Part shown: positions 16,848 to 27,713 of the stretch, piece by piece
Position numbering within the stretch: position 1 is the stretch's first letter
Layout: every line of letters starts with the position of its first letter
NCBI GenBank assembly: GCA_965228475.1
Contig: OZ245817.1
Location: 4,256,001 to 4,320,000 of the forward strand
DNA from: Myxococcota bacterium
GTDB taxonomy: Bacteria; Myxococcota_A; UBA9160; JAFDDA01
Direction of reading: 5' to 3'
DNA: 64,000 bases
Program-made: the position numbers and the translations under genes
Notes under the pieces: model-generated
What the model was told of the DNA's origin: nothing
What the model saw: the letters and a program-made list of their open reading frames with translations, nothing else
The model's database searches: none

Positions 16848-19604
16848 TCAATGGGCCTCCCTCCAGCTGCTGCCGGTCCCGGTCTCGGCCACCAGGGGCA
16901 CCTGGAGGTCGAAAACGGTCTCCATCCGGGAAACCACGAGCTCCCGGAGGCGGTCGAGCTCGGCCTCCGGGGCCTCGAAGACCAGCTCGTCGTGGACCTG
17001 GAGGAGCATGCGGGCCGAAAGGCCCGTCTCCCGGAGGTCCGCATCGACTCCGACCATGGCCTTCTTGATCAGGTCGGCGGCGGTTCCCTGGAGGACGGTG
17101 TTCACGGCCATCCGCTCGGCGGCGTTCCGGAGCACCCGGTTCTTCGAGCGGAGATCGGGCAGGAAGCGGCGGCGGCCGAGGAGCGTCCGGACGAAGCCGT
17201 CCTCCTTGGCCTGCTCGATCGTCTCGCCCATGAACCGCTTCACGCCGGGGTACTCCGCGAAGTAGGCATCGATGAACTCCTGGGCCTCGCCCTGGGCGAT
17301 CCCCAGCTGGTTGGCGATGCCGAAGGCGCTCGAACCGTAGATGATGCCGAAGTTGATGGCCTTCGCCCGGGCCCGCTGGTCCGCGGTGACGTCCTTCTGG
17401 GGGATGTCGAGCACCTCGGCGGCGGTGCGCCGGTGGATGTCGTCGCCGGCGGCGAAGGCCTCGAGAAGCCCCTCGTCGCCGGAGAAGTGGGCCATCAGGC
17501 GGAGCTCGACCTGGGAGTAGTCCGCCGAGAGCAGCACCGTGCCCTCCGCCGGAACGAAGGCCTCGCGGATGCGGATGCCCTCTTCCGTCCGGATCGGAAT
17601 GTTCTGCACGTTCGGGTTCGTGCAGGAGAGCCGGCCCGTCGCCGCGCCCGTCTGGTTGAAGTTCGGGTGGATGCGGCCCGTGCGCGGGTTCACGAGCGGC
17701 GGCAGGGCATCGACGTAGGTGCTCTTCAGCTTGGTGAGCCGGCGGTAGGCCAGCACCTTGGCGGGCAGGTCGTGCTGGCTCGCGAGGGTTTCGAGCACGG
17801 ACTCGTCCGTCGAGAACCCGGTCTTCGTCTTCTTCCCGGGCGGGAGCTTCAGCTTCTCGAACAGGATGCGCTGGAGCTGCTTCGGAGAACCGATCGTGAA
17901 GGGCTCGCCGGCGAGCGCGTGGACTTCGCCTTCGAGCCGCTCGATCTCCCCCGCCAGGTAGACGGCGATCTCCGAAAGCACGCCTTCGTCGATGCGAACG
18001 CCGGCGCGCTCCATGCGGGCCAGGACGGCGGTGAGCGGGAGTTCGACCTCGCGGAAGAGTTCGCCGAGGCCGTCGCGTTCGAGGGTCTCGGTGAGCTTTC
18101 CGGCGAGGTCGTCGACGGCGCGCGCCTCGGCCCCGGCCCAGGCGCCGATCTCGGCGGCGGGCAGGCTCGCCGGCAGCTTGGCCTTCGCGCCGCGGCCGAC
18201 GACCTCCTCGAAGGTCGCGTGCTTGCGGCCGAGCTGCTGCGCGGCGAGGGCCGCGGTCGTGCGCGCCCCGGCAGGGTCGAGCAGGAAGGCCGCGACGGAC
18301 AGGTCGAAGGTGGGAACGGGCAGGTCGAGCCCGTGCTCGGCGAGCGCGGCCTGCACGAGCTTCCCGTCGACCGCGGCCCACGGCACCGCCGCCTTGCCGG
18401 TGAGGACCGGCCCGAGGGCGGCGACGACGTCCGGGAGTTCGATCTCCGTCGTCTCACCGAGGCCCTCGTGGGCCAGCGCGAAGTAGGCCGAGCCGCCGTC
18501 CGGGAGCGAAACCGAAAGGCCGATCGGAGCCGCCTGCATGGGCCCCGCCTCGCAGCCGACGAGGTGCAGCGCCACGCGCTCCGCCCCGGCGAGCGACTTC
18601 GCCACGGCGTCGAGGTCCGCCCGCTTGGCGACGATCTGGGTCGGCTGGGCCGGCGCTTCGGGCGCGGCCGCCTCGCCGCCGCCCTCGGCCTTCAGCGCGT
18701 CGACCAGGCGCGAGAAATCGAGCCGCTGGTAGAACTCGAGGAGCCGCTCGCGGTCCGGCGCCACCGGCGGGAGGTCCGCGAGGTCGAGCTCGAGGGGGAC
18801 GTCGCTGCGCAGGGTCGCGAGCTCGCGGGAGAGCCGCGCTTCGGCGGCCTGGGTCTCGAGCGCCTCGCGCGCACGCTTCGCCTTCACCTCGCCGGCGTTG
18901 GCGAGAAGCTTCTCGAGATCGCCCCACTCCTGGATCAGCTTGGCCGCGCCTTTTTCGCCGATGCCCTTCACGCCCGGAATGTTGTCGCTCGAATCCCCGA
19001 CGAGGGCGCGCAGGTCGAGCACCTGGCTCGGCGGCACGCCGAAGCGCTCCTCCACCTCGGCCGGGCCGTAGCGCTTGTCCTTCATCGTATCGACGAGCTG
19101 GATGCGCCCGTCGACGAGCTGCATCAGGTCCTTGTCCGTCGAGACGATCAAGAGCTCGCTCTCGGCGGGGACCTGCGCGGCGACGGTCGCGATCACGTCG
19201 TCGGCCTCGAAGCCGTCGACGCAGAGCGTGGGGAGGCCCCAGGCCGAAAGCAGCTCCTCGAAGAGCGGCCACTGGGCCGAGAGGTCTTCGGGCTGGGCGT
19301 CGCGCGTGCCCTTGTATTCGGGGTAGGTCTCGTGGCGGAAGGTCTTCCCGCGCGGATCGAGGGCGATCAGGATCGCGTCGGGCGCTTCCTCGCGCACGAG
19401 CTTGTTCAGCATGTTCGCGAAGCCGTAGACGGCGTTGGTCGGGGTGCCGTCCGAGGCGCGCAGGCCCGGGATCGCGAAGAACGCGCGATACAGGAAGTTC
19501 GCCGCGTCGACGATCGCGACGCGGGAGCGGGCTCCTCCCGAGGCCTTCGGCGCCTTCTTGCTCGCGGGCTTCTTCGCCTTCTGGGCCGCTTTCTTCTTGG
19601 GCAC
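16848..19604 (-). CDS. polA: DNA polymerase I
   Basis: 5'-3' exonuclease domain (YRAFFA, FEADDVI, GDSSDNIPGV) and polymerase motifs (TGRLS, DYSQVELR, KAINFGIIYG, QVHDEL). Confidence 0.97.
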   Translation of the reverse strand: MPKKKAAQKAKKPASKKAPKASGGARSRVAIVDAANFLYRAFFAIPGLRASDGTPTNAVYGFANMLNKLVREEAPDAILIALDPRGKTFRHETYPEYKGTRDAQPEDLSAQWPLFEELLSAWGLPTLCVDGFEADDVIATVAAQVPAESELLIVSTDKDLMQLVDGRIQLVDTMKDKRYGPAEVEERFGVPPSQVLDLRALVGDSSDNIPGVKGIGEKGAAKLIQEWGDLEKLLANAGEVKAKRAREALETQAAEARLSRELATLRSDVPLELDLADLPPVAPDRERLLEFYQRLDFSRLVDALKAEGGGEAAAPEAPAQPTQIVAKRADLDAVAKSLAGAERVALHLVGCEAGPMQAAPIGLSVSLPDGGSAYFALAHEGLGETTEIELPDVVAALGPVLTGKAAVPWAAVDGKLVQAALAEHGLDLPVPTFDLSVAAFLLDPAGARTTAALAAQQLGRKHATFEEVVGRGAKAKLPASLPAAEIGAWAGAEARAVDDLAGKLTETLERDGLGELFREVELPLTAVLARMERAGVRIDEGVLSEIAVYLAGEIERLEGEVHALAGEPFTIGSPKQLQRILFEKLKLPPGKKTKTGFSTDESVLETLASQHDLPAKVLAYRRLTKLKSTYVDALPPLVNPRTGRIHPNFNQTGAATGRLSCTNPNVQNIPIRTEEGIRIREAFVPAEGTVLLSADYSQVELRLMAHFSGDEGLLEAFAAGDDIHRRTAAEVLDIPQKDVTADQRARAKAINFGIIYGSSAFGIANQLGIAQGEAQEFIDAYFAEYPGVKRFMGETIEQAKEDGFVRTLLGRRRFLPDLRSKNRVLRNAAERMAVNTVLQGTAADLIKKAMVGVDADLRETGLSARMLLQVHDELVFEAPEAELDRLRELVVSRMETVFDLQVPLVAETGTGSSWREAH

Positions 19605-19629
19605 GACGGGCCTAGGCTAGCCTACCTCC

Positions 19630-19950
19630 ATGAGCCAAGAGCCCACGGGAACGAGCGGCCCCACGGCCCCCCGCAGCCCCCGACGCCGCGTCGACGCCGG
19701 GCCGCGCCCCTTCTTCACGCTGAGCATCCTCTACCTGTTCTTCTTCTTCTTCCTGTTCAGCTTCGCCCTCGTCGCTCCGGCGCTCTGGGACGTGGCCCAG
19801 AACGTCCCGGTCGGCCCCGAGCAGGAGCGCGCCGCCTACGAGGCCGCGCGCCTCGCGGCAGGCGGGCGGCTCCTTCCGGCCTTCCTGCTCTCGGTGGCGA
19901 CGCTGGTGGCCGGCGTGAAGTTCCAGGTCCTGCCGGGCCTGCGGGACTAG
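19630..19950 (+). CDS. Small two-TM membrane protein
   Basis: Fills the gap between polA and the gamma-CA gene; two hydrophobic helices; typical codon usage. Confidence 0.7.
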   Translation: MSQEPTGTSGPTAPRSPRRRVDAGPRPFFTLSILYLFFFFFLFSFALVAPALWDVAQNVPVGPEQERAAYEAARLAAGGRLLPAFLLSVATLVAGVKFQVLPGLRD

Positions 19951-19959
19951 CGACGCGCG

Positions 19960-20463
19960 CTAGCGGTAGTTGCGGGCCGTCTCGACGTACTCGAGCGCCC
20001 GGGCTCGCTGGTTCGCGACTTCCTGTGCGGTGAGCTCCCGGGCCGGCTTCGCGGGAATGCCCCGCACGAGCGTGCGCGGCGGCACCTCGACGCCCGGGCC
20101 GACGACGGCGCCCGCCGCGACGAGCGCCTCTTCTCCGATCACCGCGCCGTCGAGCACGATGGCCCCGATCCCGACGAGCGCACCGTCGTGCACCGTGCAG
20201 CCGTGGACCGTGCCGCGGTGGCCGACGGTGACCTCGTCGCCGATCACCGCCGGGAACAGGCCGCTCGTCACGTGCACGACGCAGTGGTCCTGCAGATTCG
20301 TCCGCGCACCGATCCGGATGTGGTGGACGTCGCCTCGCACGACGCTCCCGAACCAGACCGTCGAGTCCTCGCCGATCTCGACGTCGCCGATCACGACGGC
20401 GCCGGGCGCGACCCAGGCCGAGGGATGCACGATGGGATCCTTCCCTTCGTAGGGAAGGAGGAT
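19960..20463 (-). CDS. Gamma carbonic anhydrase family (YrdA-like); start probably upstream of GTG 20430
   Basis: Hexapeptide repeats, VVRGD, NLQD..VVH, VTVGH..VHGC. Confidence 0.9.
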   Translation of the reverse strand: MLLPYEGKDPIVHPSAWVAPGAVVIGDVEIGEDSTVWFGSVVRGDVHHIRIGARTNLQDHCVVHVTSGLFPAVIGDEVTVGHRGTVHGCTVHDGALVGIGAIVLDGAVIGEEALVAAGAVVGPGVEVPPRTLVRGIPAKPARELTAQEVANQRARALEYVETARNYR

Positions 20464-20473
20464 CGGGCCGGGG

Positions 20474-21427
20474 CTAGACGTCGTCGCTGCCCTCGTAGCG
20501 GTAGGGCTCGAAGAGCTTGGTCTGGATGTAGCGCTCGCCGAAGCTCGGGATGATCACGACGATCGTGCCGAGATCCTTACCGGCCCCCTTGGCGAAACGG
20601 ACCGCCGCGGAGACGTTCGCGCCCGAAGAGATGCCGCAGAGGATCCCCTCTTCCTTCGCGAGCCGCTGGGCCATCGCGAAGGATTCGTCGTTCGAGACCG
20701 TCACGACCTCGTCGAGCAGGCTCGTATCGACGATGTCCGGCACGAAGCCCGCGCCGATGCCCTGGATCATGTGCTTCCCGGGCGAACCGCCCGAGAGGAC
20801 CGGGCTGTCCTCGGGCTCGACCGCCACCGCCTTGAAGGAGGGCTTCTTCTCCTTGATCGCCTGGGCGATGCCGGTGATCGTGCCGCCCGTGCCGATCCCG
20901 GCGACCAGGGCATCGACCTCGCCGTCGGTGTCCTCCCAGACTTCGACGGCCGTGGTGTTGCGGTGCACCTCCGGGTTGGCCGGGTTGCGGAACTGCTGCG
21001 GCATGAACGAATCCGGCACCGAATCCGCGATCTCGTAGGCGCGCTCGATCGCACCGTTCATGCCCTTGGCCGGATCCGTCAGCACGAGTTTCGCCCCGAA
21101 GGCGCGCAGGACCACCCGGCGCTCCGGGCTCATGGACTCGGGCATGGTCAGGATGCACTGGTAGCCCTTCACCGCGGCCACGAAGGCCAGGGCGATCCCG
21201 GTGTTCCCGCTCGTCGGCTCGACGATGATGCTCTTGCCCGGGATGAGCGAGCCGTCGCGCTCGGCGGCCTCGATCATCGCCCGGCCGATGCGGTCCTTCA
21301 CGGAGTTGGCGGGGTTCTGGCTCTCGAGCTTGGCCAGGATGCGCGGCCCGGCGCCGTCGGTGACGCGGTTCAGCTGGACCAGCGGGGTCCGGCCGATCAG
21401 TTCGGTGACGTTCTTCGCGACGTTCAT
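20474..21427 (-). CDS. cysK: Cysteine synthase A
   Basis: [37 protein letters not shown]. Confidence 0.96.
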   Translation of the reverse strand: MNVAKNVTELIGRTPLVQLNRVTDGAGPRILAKLESQNPANSVKDRIGRAMIEAAERDGSLIPGKSIIVEPTSGNTGIALAFVAAVKGYQCILTMPESMSPERRVVLRAFGAKLVLTDPAKGMNGAIERAYEIADSVPDSFMPQQFRNPANPEVHRNTTAVEVWEDTDGEVDALVAGIGTGGTITGIAQAIKEKKPSFKAVAVEPEDSPVLSGGSPGKHMIQGIGAGFVPDIVDTSLLDEVVTVSNDESFAMAQRLAKEEGILCGISSGANVSAAVRFAKGAGKDLGTIVVIIPSFGERYIQTKLFEPYRYEGSDDV

Positions 21428-21525
21428 GGGATCCTCCTCGGACGCAGTCGGCGGCCGAGCATACCGCGGCCCGGCCCGGCGCGTCACGCGGAGCCGCGGG
21501 TCACGGCTCGGGCCGAGAGGCCCCG

Positions 21526-22527
21526 CTAGGAGGGACGCGTAGCGCCGAGGGCTTCGAGCAGCACGGTGGCGTAGCTCCCGGGCGGCAGCGTGAAGCCGAG
21601 GCGAAGGCCACCCTCCCCGAACGAGCCGGCCGTTTCGCTCGGGCGGACGCGCAGGGCGCGGCGGCCTCCGGCCAGGCGCAGCCCGCGCGGCGGCTCGAGC
21701 GGCGCCTCGGGGTCGATGCCGACGGACCGCAGGGCCGCGGCCTCCCGCGCGGCCGGCGCCCCGGCGGGCGCCGGGTCCCGTTTCCCTGCGCGGGTGCCGA
21801 AGATCGGACCCGTCGCGCTGATCTCGAAGCGCACCGCCCGCTCGGCCTCACGCGCGAGGTCCTCGACGAGAAAGAGCCCCCCGCTTCCCTCGACGACGGC
21901 CACGTCCCCGAGCTCGACCTCGCCCAGGGGAAGCGTGCGGGTGCGGAGCGCCTCGTCGAAGACCGCCGATTGCAGCGCCGAGACCAGGAAGCGCGCCTCG
22001 CGCCGATCCCGCGCGCGCTCCCTTCCCTGAAGGACGGCGAGACCGCGCTCGGCGTTGTCGCCGTCCCGCCCGTAGCGCTGGGCGCCGAAGCGGTTGGCGA
22101 AGCCCTCCTTCGCGAAGCGCTCGAGCCGCACGATTGCCTGGGCGGCCTCTTCCTCGTTCGCGCCGTGCAGCGTGATCGTGAAGCGGTTCCCGCGCAGGTG
22201 TCCGGTGCGGAGCTTTCGCCCGTGTCGCGCCGCCGCGAGCACGCGCGCATCGGGCAGGTCGAGCGAGGCGGCAGCTTCCGGCGGGAGATCCGGAACGGAG
22301 AACCACTGGGTCGTCGTGGCGTGGCGGTCCTTGCGGCCGGCATAACCGATCTCTCGCGGCGCCACCCCCGCGGCGCGTGCGAGGTCGCGAGCGACCTGCT
22401 CGGTCGTCCGCCCGCGTTTCTCGATCCGCACGAAGGTATGGGGCCCCTCGCCCGAGGGCTCGTAGGCCGCGATCTCCTCGACGACGAAATCCTCGGGCGA
22501 GAACCGCTCCGGGAGGAGGAGACTCAT
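21526..22527 (-). CDS. truD: tRNA pseudouridine(13) synthase
   Basis: [37 protein letters not shown]. Confidence 0.94.
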   Translation of the reverse strand: MSLLLPERFSPEDFVVEEIAAYEPSGEGPHTFVRIEKRGRTTEQVARDLARAAGVAPREIGYAGRKDRHATTTQWFSVPDLPPEAAASLDLPDARVLAAARHGRKLRTGHLRGNRFTITLHGANEEEAAQAIVRLERFAKEGFANRFGAQRYGRDGDNAERGLAVLQGRERARDRREARFLVSALQSAVFDEALRTRTLPLGEVELGDVAVVEGSGGLFLVEDLAREAERAVRFEISATGPIFGTRAGKRDPAPAGAPAAREAAALRSVGIDPEAPLEPPRGLRLAGGRRALRVRPSETAGSFGEGGLRLGFTLPPGSYATVLLEALGATRPS

Positions 22528-22558
22528 GGCTGCGCCGGCGGTCGCGAGCGCGCGGGCA

Positions 22559-23293
22559 TCACGCGGAGGCGAGCTCCCGCGCGCGCTCGAGCTCCTTCTC
22601 GATGGCGCTTCGCAGCTCTCCGGTCAGGGCGTCGCGCTCGTCGAAGCTCCGTCCGGCGGTCGGGATCGGCTCTCCGACGGCGAGGCCAATCGTCCCGCCG
22701 GGCCCGGTCCGCATCCCCCGCGGCAGGATCGCACGCGAGCCGGCGATGGCGACGGGCACCATCGGCAGGCCCGATTTCACGGCGAAGGCCGCCGCACCCT
22801 TCTTGAAGGGCTGGAGTTCCCCGTCGTGGCTGCGCGTGCCCTCGGCGAAGAAGAGCACGGAGACGTCCTCGAGCAGCTCCGCCTGGGCCGCGTCGAGCCG
22901 GCTCGTGTCCTTCCGCGCGTCCCCGCGCGTGACGAAGACCGTGCCCGAACGGCGCAGGGCGGCCCCGAAGATCGGAATCTTCCCGAGCTGCTGCTTCGCG
23001 ACGAAGCGAAGCGGATGGTCCTTCAACGCGACGAGCAGCGCAGGTACGTCGAGATGGCTCTCGTGGTTCGCGACGACGACGTAGCGCTCCCCAAGCGTCA
23101 GGCGCTCGAGCCCGGCGGCCCTCACCCGCGAGCGGAAACCGAACAGGGTGAAGCGCCCGAAGGCGGTGTAGAAGGGATGGATCGCCGGGCCGGTCCCGCG
23201 CGTGAAGAACGAAACGACGATGCCCGCACCCATCACGAGGATCGTCGCGAGGGTGACCGCGAGAAGACCCCGGGCCGTCCGCAGGAAGTCCAT
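22559..23293 (-). CDS. 1-acyl-glycerol-3-phosphate acyltransferase (PlsC family)
   Basis: NHESHLD, FVAK, FAEGTRS, PFKKGA. Confidence 0.9.
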   Translation of the reverse strand: MDFLRTARGLLAVTLATILVMGAGIVVSFFTRGTGPAIHPFYTAFGRFTLFGFRSRVRAAGLERLTLGERYVVVANHESHLDVPALLVALKDHPLRFVAKQQLGKIPIFGAALRRSGTVFVTRGDARKDTSRLDAAQAELLEDVSVLFFAEGTRSHDGELQPFKKGAAAFAVKSGLPMVPVAIAGSRAILPRGMRTGPGGTIGLAVGEPIPTAGRSFDERDALTGELRSAIEKELERARELASA

Positions 23294-24084
23294 CACGTCG
23301 GAAGGAGGAGCTGCCCGACGGGCGCGAAGCTGCGCCGGTGAACCGGGGACGGGCCGAGCCGGCGCAGGGCGTCCAGGTGGTCCGCCGTGCCGTACCCCTT
23401 GTGGCGCTCGAAGCCGTAGCCGGGATGGCGGGCGGCGAGGTCGGCCATGATCGCGTCGCGGCGGACCTTCGCCACGATCGAAGCCGCGGCGATCGAACCG
23501 TCGATGGCATCGCCGTGCACGAGCGGCGTCTGGCGGATCGAGATGCCCGGGATCCGGCGCGCGTCCACGAGCAGGTGATCGGGCGGCGGCGAGAGCGCGG
23601 CGACGGCGCGGCGCATCGCCTCGAGCCCGGCCCGGAAGACGTTCAGGCGCTCGATCTCCTCCGGCTCGACGTGCCCGAAACCGACGGCCACGGCCTGCGC
23701 GCGGATTGCGCCGTCGAGCCGTTCCCGCGCCGCTCGGGTCAGCTTCTTCGAGTCGTCGAGGCCGGGAAGCTCCGGGTCCTCCCCGAGCACCACGGCGGCG
23801 GCGACGATCGGGCCGGCGAGCGGCCCCATCCCGACCTCGTCGACGCCCGCCACGCGGCCGGCGCCCCCGGCGGCGATCCGGCCGCGCAGCGAGAACAGCC
23901 CGGCGACCCGGCGCCGATCCTCCTCGATCGCGTCGCGCCGCTTCTTCCAGCGCTCGGCGAGCCGCCGCGCACCGGCCCGGCGGTCCGCGGTGAGGGCATC
24001 GAGCAGGGCCGCGGGCGGCTTCGCCTCGGCCGGGTCGCCGAGGCGCGCTTCGAGATCGCGCAGGGAGAGGCCGGAGACGTCCAC
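23293..24084 (-). CDS. rnhB: Ribonuclease HII
   Basis: GVDEVGMGPLAGP, DDSKKL, IAAASIVAKV.RD, HKGYGT, HRRSF. Confidence 0.95.
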   Translation of the reverse strand: MDVSGLSLRDLEARLGDPAEAKPPAALLDALTADRRAGARRLAERWKKRRDAIEEDRRRVAGLFSLRGRIAAGGAGRVAGVDEVGMGPLAGPIVAAAVVLGEDPELPGLDDSKKLTRAARERLDGAIRAQAVAVGFGHVEPEEIERLNVFRAGLEAMRRAVAALSPPPDHLLVDARRIPGISIRQTPLVHGDAIDGSIAAASIVAKVRRDAIMADLAARHPGYGFERHKGYGTADHLDALRRLGPSPVHRRSFAPVGQLLLPT

Positions 24085-25139
24085 TACTCGCCGCGCTCCG
24101 CATCTTCTTCGCCCCGACCGCGCAGGCCGAGCTTTCGCTCGATGGCACGGACCCGCTTCACGAGCTCCGGCAGCCGGAGCAGGGAGGCCGTCACCCGGTT
24201 GAAGCGGCGGAACTCGAGCTGGGGAAAGCCGCCGATGCGCGCACCCGGTTCGACGTCGCGCGTGACGCCGCCGCGCGCGGCGATGAAGGCACGCTCGCCG
24301 ACCTTCGCGCCGTTCGCGAAGCCCGACTGCGCCATGAGGATCGCTCCGTCCCCGACGACCGTCCGCCCCGAGAGACCGGACTGCGCGACGATCAGGACGT
24401 CCTCGCCGATGACGCAGTTGTGTCCGATCTGCACGAGGTTGTCGATCTTCGTGCCGCGGCCGATCCGGGTGTCGTCGAGGGCACCGCGGTCGATCGTGCT
24501 GCCGGCGCCGATCTCGACGTCGTCTCCGACGACCACGCCGCCGACCTGCGGAACCTTCTGCGGCGTGCCACTGGCATCGGGCGCGTAGCCGAAGCCGTCG
24601 CCACCGACGACGGCGCAGGGCTGCAGGATCACGCGATCGCCGAGCCGCGTCCCGCGGCGCACGACGCAGCCCGAGTGGATCGTGCAGTCGTCTCCGACGA
24701 CGACCTCCGCGTCCACCGTGGCGTTCGGGTGAACGGTGCTGCGAGCACCCACGACGGACCCCGCGCCCACGACGGCGTTCGCGCCCACCGACGCAGTGGC
24801 ATCGACACGCGCTCCCGGCTCCACCACCGCGGCGGGGTGGATGCCGGGTTCGGGCCGCGGGTCCGGCCGGAGGTGCGCCACGGCGCGGGCGAAATCGTGT
24901 CCCGGGTTCGGCGAGCGCAGGGCCGGGCGCCCGCCGGCGTCGAGACCGTGGGGCAGGATCACGGCACCGGCCTTCGAAGCCGCGAGGGCCTCGGCGTACT
25001 GGGCGTCGCGCACGAAGCACAGGTCCGTCGGGCCGGCGGATTCGAGGCTCGCGACGCCCTCGAGCGCGGTCTCGCCGTTGCCCTCGACCTCGCGACCCAG
25101 GTGCTCCGCGAGTTCGCGCAGCGAAATCGCTCCTGCCAA
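24084..25139 (-). CDS. lpxD: UDP-3-O-acyl-glucosamine N-acyltransferase
   Basis: LpxD N-domain, [24 protein letters not shown]. Confidence 0.96.
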   Translation of the reverse strand: MAGAISLRELAEHLGREVEGNGETALEGVASLESAGPTDLCFVRDAQYAEALAASKAGAVILPHGLDAGGRPALRSPNPGHDFARAVAHLRPDPRPEPGIHPAAVVEPGARVDATASVGANAVVGAGSVVGARSTVHPNATVDAEVVVGDDCTIHSGCVVRRGTRLGDRVILQPCAVVGGDGFGYAPDASGTPQKVPQVGGVVVGDDVEIGAGSTIDRGALDDTRIGRGTKIDNLVQIGHNCVIGEDVLIVAQSGLSGRTVVGDGAILMAQSGFANGAKVGERAFIAARGGVTRDVEPGARIGGFPQLEFRRFNRVTASLLRLPELVKRVRAIERKLGLRGRGEEDAERGE

Positions 25140-25226
25140 CGGAATCCCCCCTCGCAGGGGGAGTCTAGCGAGGTCTTGGGCGCCTATTCAGCCCGGGAGG
25201 CGGGCTGCGGAAACGTAGCGAGCGCC

Positions 25227-26045
25227 CTAGCGCGCGAGCAGGACCGCGACGGGCGAGTTCCGGATCACGGCGGCCGAGTTGCTCCCGAGGAAGTACTCGG
25301 TGATCCGGCTGCGCCCGAAGGCCCCCATCACGATCAAACCGGCGCCGCTCTCGCGCGCCGCGTCGATGACCTTCACGTCGGGCCGGCCGAGCGTCGAGGC
25401 CGTCTCCCGCACGGGCACGGCGAGGCTTCCGAGCAGGCGCCGCACCTCGTCGAAGCGGGCGGCGGCGCGCCCCTTGTCCTTCGAATCGACGAAGACGTGG
25501 ACAGGCTCCGAGAGGCGGCTCGCGAGTTCGACGGTCAGCTTGGCGGCGATGCGCGAGCCCGGCGAGCCGTCGAAGGCCAGCACGATCGGGCCCGAGAGCT
25601 CGGCGCCCCGGGGCACGACGATGGCGGGCTTGCTCGTCTTGCGGATCGCGGCGTCGACGACCGAGCCGATCAGCGCGCTGCGGAAGTCCGCATGCTCACC
25701 GTCCCGGCCGAGCACGAGCAGCCCGGCCTGGGCCGCACCCTCGACGAGCCGGTCGTCGGCCGCACCGCTCGCGGTCTCGCAGACGACCTCGATCCCGGCG
25801 GCGCGCGCCTGGTCCGAGAGCCTTCGGCAGGCCGCTTCGGCGCGAAGCTTGAGCCAGCTCTCGAGCCCCTCGACGGGCTTCGGCGCCAGGGACAGCCCGT
25901 CCTCGCCCGAGCGGAAGGCGCGGTCTTCGACGACCGAGAGCCCCGTCAAACTGGCGCGCATGCGCGCCGCCAATGCCACGGCCAGGCTCTCCGCCGCTGC
26001 CGCCGTCGTGCTTCCGTCGGTCCCGACCAGAATCGAATCGATCAT
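25227..26045 (-). CDS. Universal stress protein (tandem USP)
   Basis: ILVGTDGS, LAFDGS, MGAFGRS..FLGS. Confidence 0.9.
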   Translation of the reverse strand: MIDSILVGTDGSTTAAAAESLAVALAARMRASLTGLSVVEDRAFRSGEDGLSLAPKPVEGLESWLKLRAEAACRRLSDQARAAGIEVVCETASGAADDRLVEGAAQAGLLVLGRDGEHADFRSALIGSVVDAAIRKTSKPAIVVPRGAELSGPIVLAFDGSPGSRIAAKLTVELASRLSEPVHVFVDSKDKGRAAARFDEVRRLLGSLAVPVRETASTLGRPDVKVIDAARESGAGLIVMGAFGRSRITEYFLGSNSAAVIRNSPVAVLLAR

Positions 26046-26075
26046 CTTCCAAGCACCCCTACGCTCGCGCGCCCT

Positions 26076-27608
26076 CTACGAGAGCCAACGTCCGAGCGGA
26101 GTTCCCCAAAGCCATCGCACCACCCGCTTCATGCGGCCGAGCTTCCGGTCCGTGTGCGGATACCAGTTGCCCTCGGACTTCCCGCCGAACCGGTCCACCA
26201 GGATCGCCTGCGCATGACAGTATGAACGCAAACCGATCTCGCCGTTGACCTGTCCGATCCCGGAATCCTTCCGCCCGCCGAAGGGGGCCTCGGTCACGCC
26301 ATAGGTGACCATGGTGTCGTTCACGACGACGGCCCCCGCCTCGATCTGCTTCGCGAGTTCGCGGCCGCGCCGCTTGTCGCGCGTGAAGACGCTGGCGTTG
26401 AGCCCGTAGGGCGAGTCGTTCGCGAGGCGCACGGCCGTGTCCTCGTCGCGCACCCGAAGGATGGGCAGGACCGGACCGAAGGTCTCCTCGCGCATGACCT
26501 TCATCTCGTGGCTGACCTCGGTCAGGACCGTCGGCTCGTAGAAGAGGCCTTCGTAGGCCGGGTTGCGGCGTCCGCCCGCCAGCAGCCGGGCGCCCTTCTC
26601 GACGGCGTCGTCGACGTGGGCGGTCACGATGTCGAGCTGCCCGGGCGTGATCATGCTGCCGACGTCGATCTCGCCGCCCGTGCCCTGGCGGAGCTCCGCC
26701 GTCTTGGCGACGACCTTGCGCGTGAACTCGTCGGCGACGTCCTCGTGGACGTAGACGCGCTCGGTCGAGATGCACACCTGGCCCGAGTTGGCGAAGGCGC
26801 CGAAGACCGCGCCGTTGGCCGCGCGGTCGACGTCCGCGTCCGCGCAGACGATCATCGGGTCCTTGCCCCCGAGCTCGAGGGTGCAGGGGATGAGGTTGCG
26901 CCCGCAGATCTCGCCGACCTTGCGGCCGGTCGCGACGCTCCCGGTGAAGGAGATCTTGTCGACGCCGGCCTCGCAGAGTGCCCTGCCGGTTTCGCCATCG
27001 CCCTGGATCACCTGGAAGACGCCCTCGGGCAGTCCGGCGCCTTCGAACACGTCCGCGAGCAGCTGGCCGGAGAATGCCGTCACCTCGGAGGGCTTGAGCA
27101 GGACCGCGTTACCCGCCATCAGCGCCTGGGCCGTCGGGTTCATCGATAGGACGAACGGGAAGTTCCAGGGCGTGATGATCCCGACCACGCCGAGCGGCCG
27201 GTAGGAGACGTGGAGTTTCTTGTTCTTGACGAGGTGAACGGGGAGGCGGCGGTCGGCGAGGATGTGGCGCGCGCGTTTCGCGTAGAAGGTGAGCGCATCG
27301 CAGGCGGCGACGATCTCCGAGGCGAAGGCCTCGGCGGTCGGCTTGCCCGTCTCGCGCACGACGGTCTCGACGATCTCGTCCTGGCGTTCGAGGAGTTGGG
27401 CGACGGCGCGCTCGAGGTACTTCCCGCGCTCCGCGAAGTCGAGCGCCGCCCAGTCCGGCTGGGCCTTGCGCGCGCGCTCGACCGCGGCGCGCACCTCGGG
27501 CTCCGTCTGCGCGTCGAACTCGCCGACGGGCTCGAGCGTCGCCGGGTTCAAGAGCCGGTAGCGGCGGCGGCCGGACTCTTCGGACGGCATGGCCTCGACC
27601 CAGGCCAT
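26076..27608 (-). CDS. Aldehyde dehydrogenase
   Basis: PWNFP, LKPSE, FTGS, LELGGK, GQVC, EETFGP. Confidence 0.94.
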   Translation of the reverse strand: MAWVEAMPSEESGRRRYRLLNPATLEPVGEFDAQTEPEVRAAVERARKAQPDWAALDFAERGKYLERAVAQLLERQDEIVETVVRETGKPTAEAFASEIVAACDALTFYAKRARHILADRRLPVHLVKNKKLHVSYRPLGVVGIITPWNFPFVLSMNPTAQALMAGNAVLLKPSEVTAFSGQLLADVFEGAGLPEGVFQVIQGDGETGRALCEAGVDKISFTGSVATGRKVGEICGRNLIPCTLELGGKDPMIVCADADVDRAANGAVFGAFANSGQVCISTERVYVHEDVADEFTRKVVAKTAELRQGTGGEIDVGSMITPGQLDIVTAHVDDAVEKGARLLAGGRRNPAYEGLFYEPTVLTEVSHEMKVMREETFGPVLPILRVRDEDTAVRLANDSPYGLNASVFTRDKRRGRELAKQIEAGAVVVNDTMVTYGVTEAPFGGRKDSGIGQVNGEIGLRSYCHAQAILVDRFGGKSEGNWYPHTDRKLGRMKRVVRWLWGTPLGRWLS

Positions 27609-27713
27609 CGGGTTCCTCCTCACCTACTCACACGGGCGTCCGGTCGCTTCCGGCCGCTTCCCGGGAGCCGGGAGGGGGTCAGGGCACCGAACAGGTCCGA
27701 CAAAACGCGTTCG

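Noticed and set aside
16719..20033. Very long antisense and alternate-frame ORFs (1104 aa here; also 3470-6322, 7778-10525, 59680-62283)
   Set aside because: Shadow ORFs from high GC3 codon bias; they overlap well-supported genes and lack recognisable motifs
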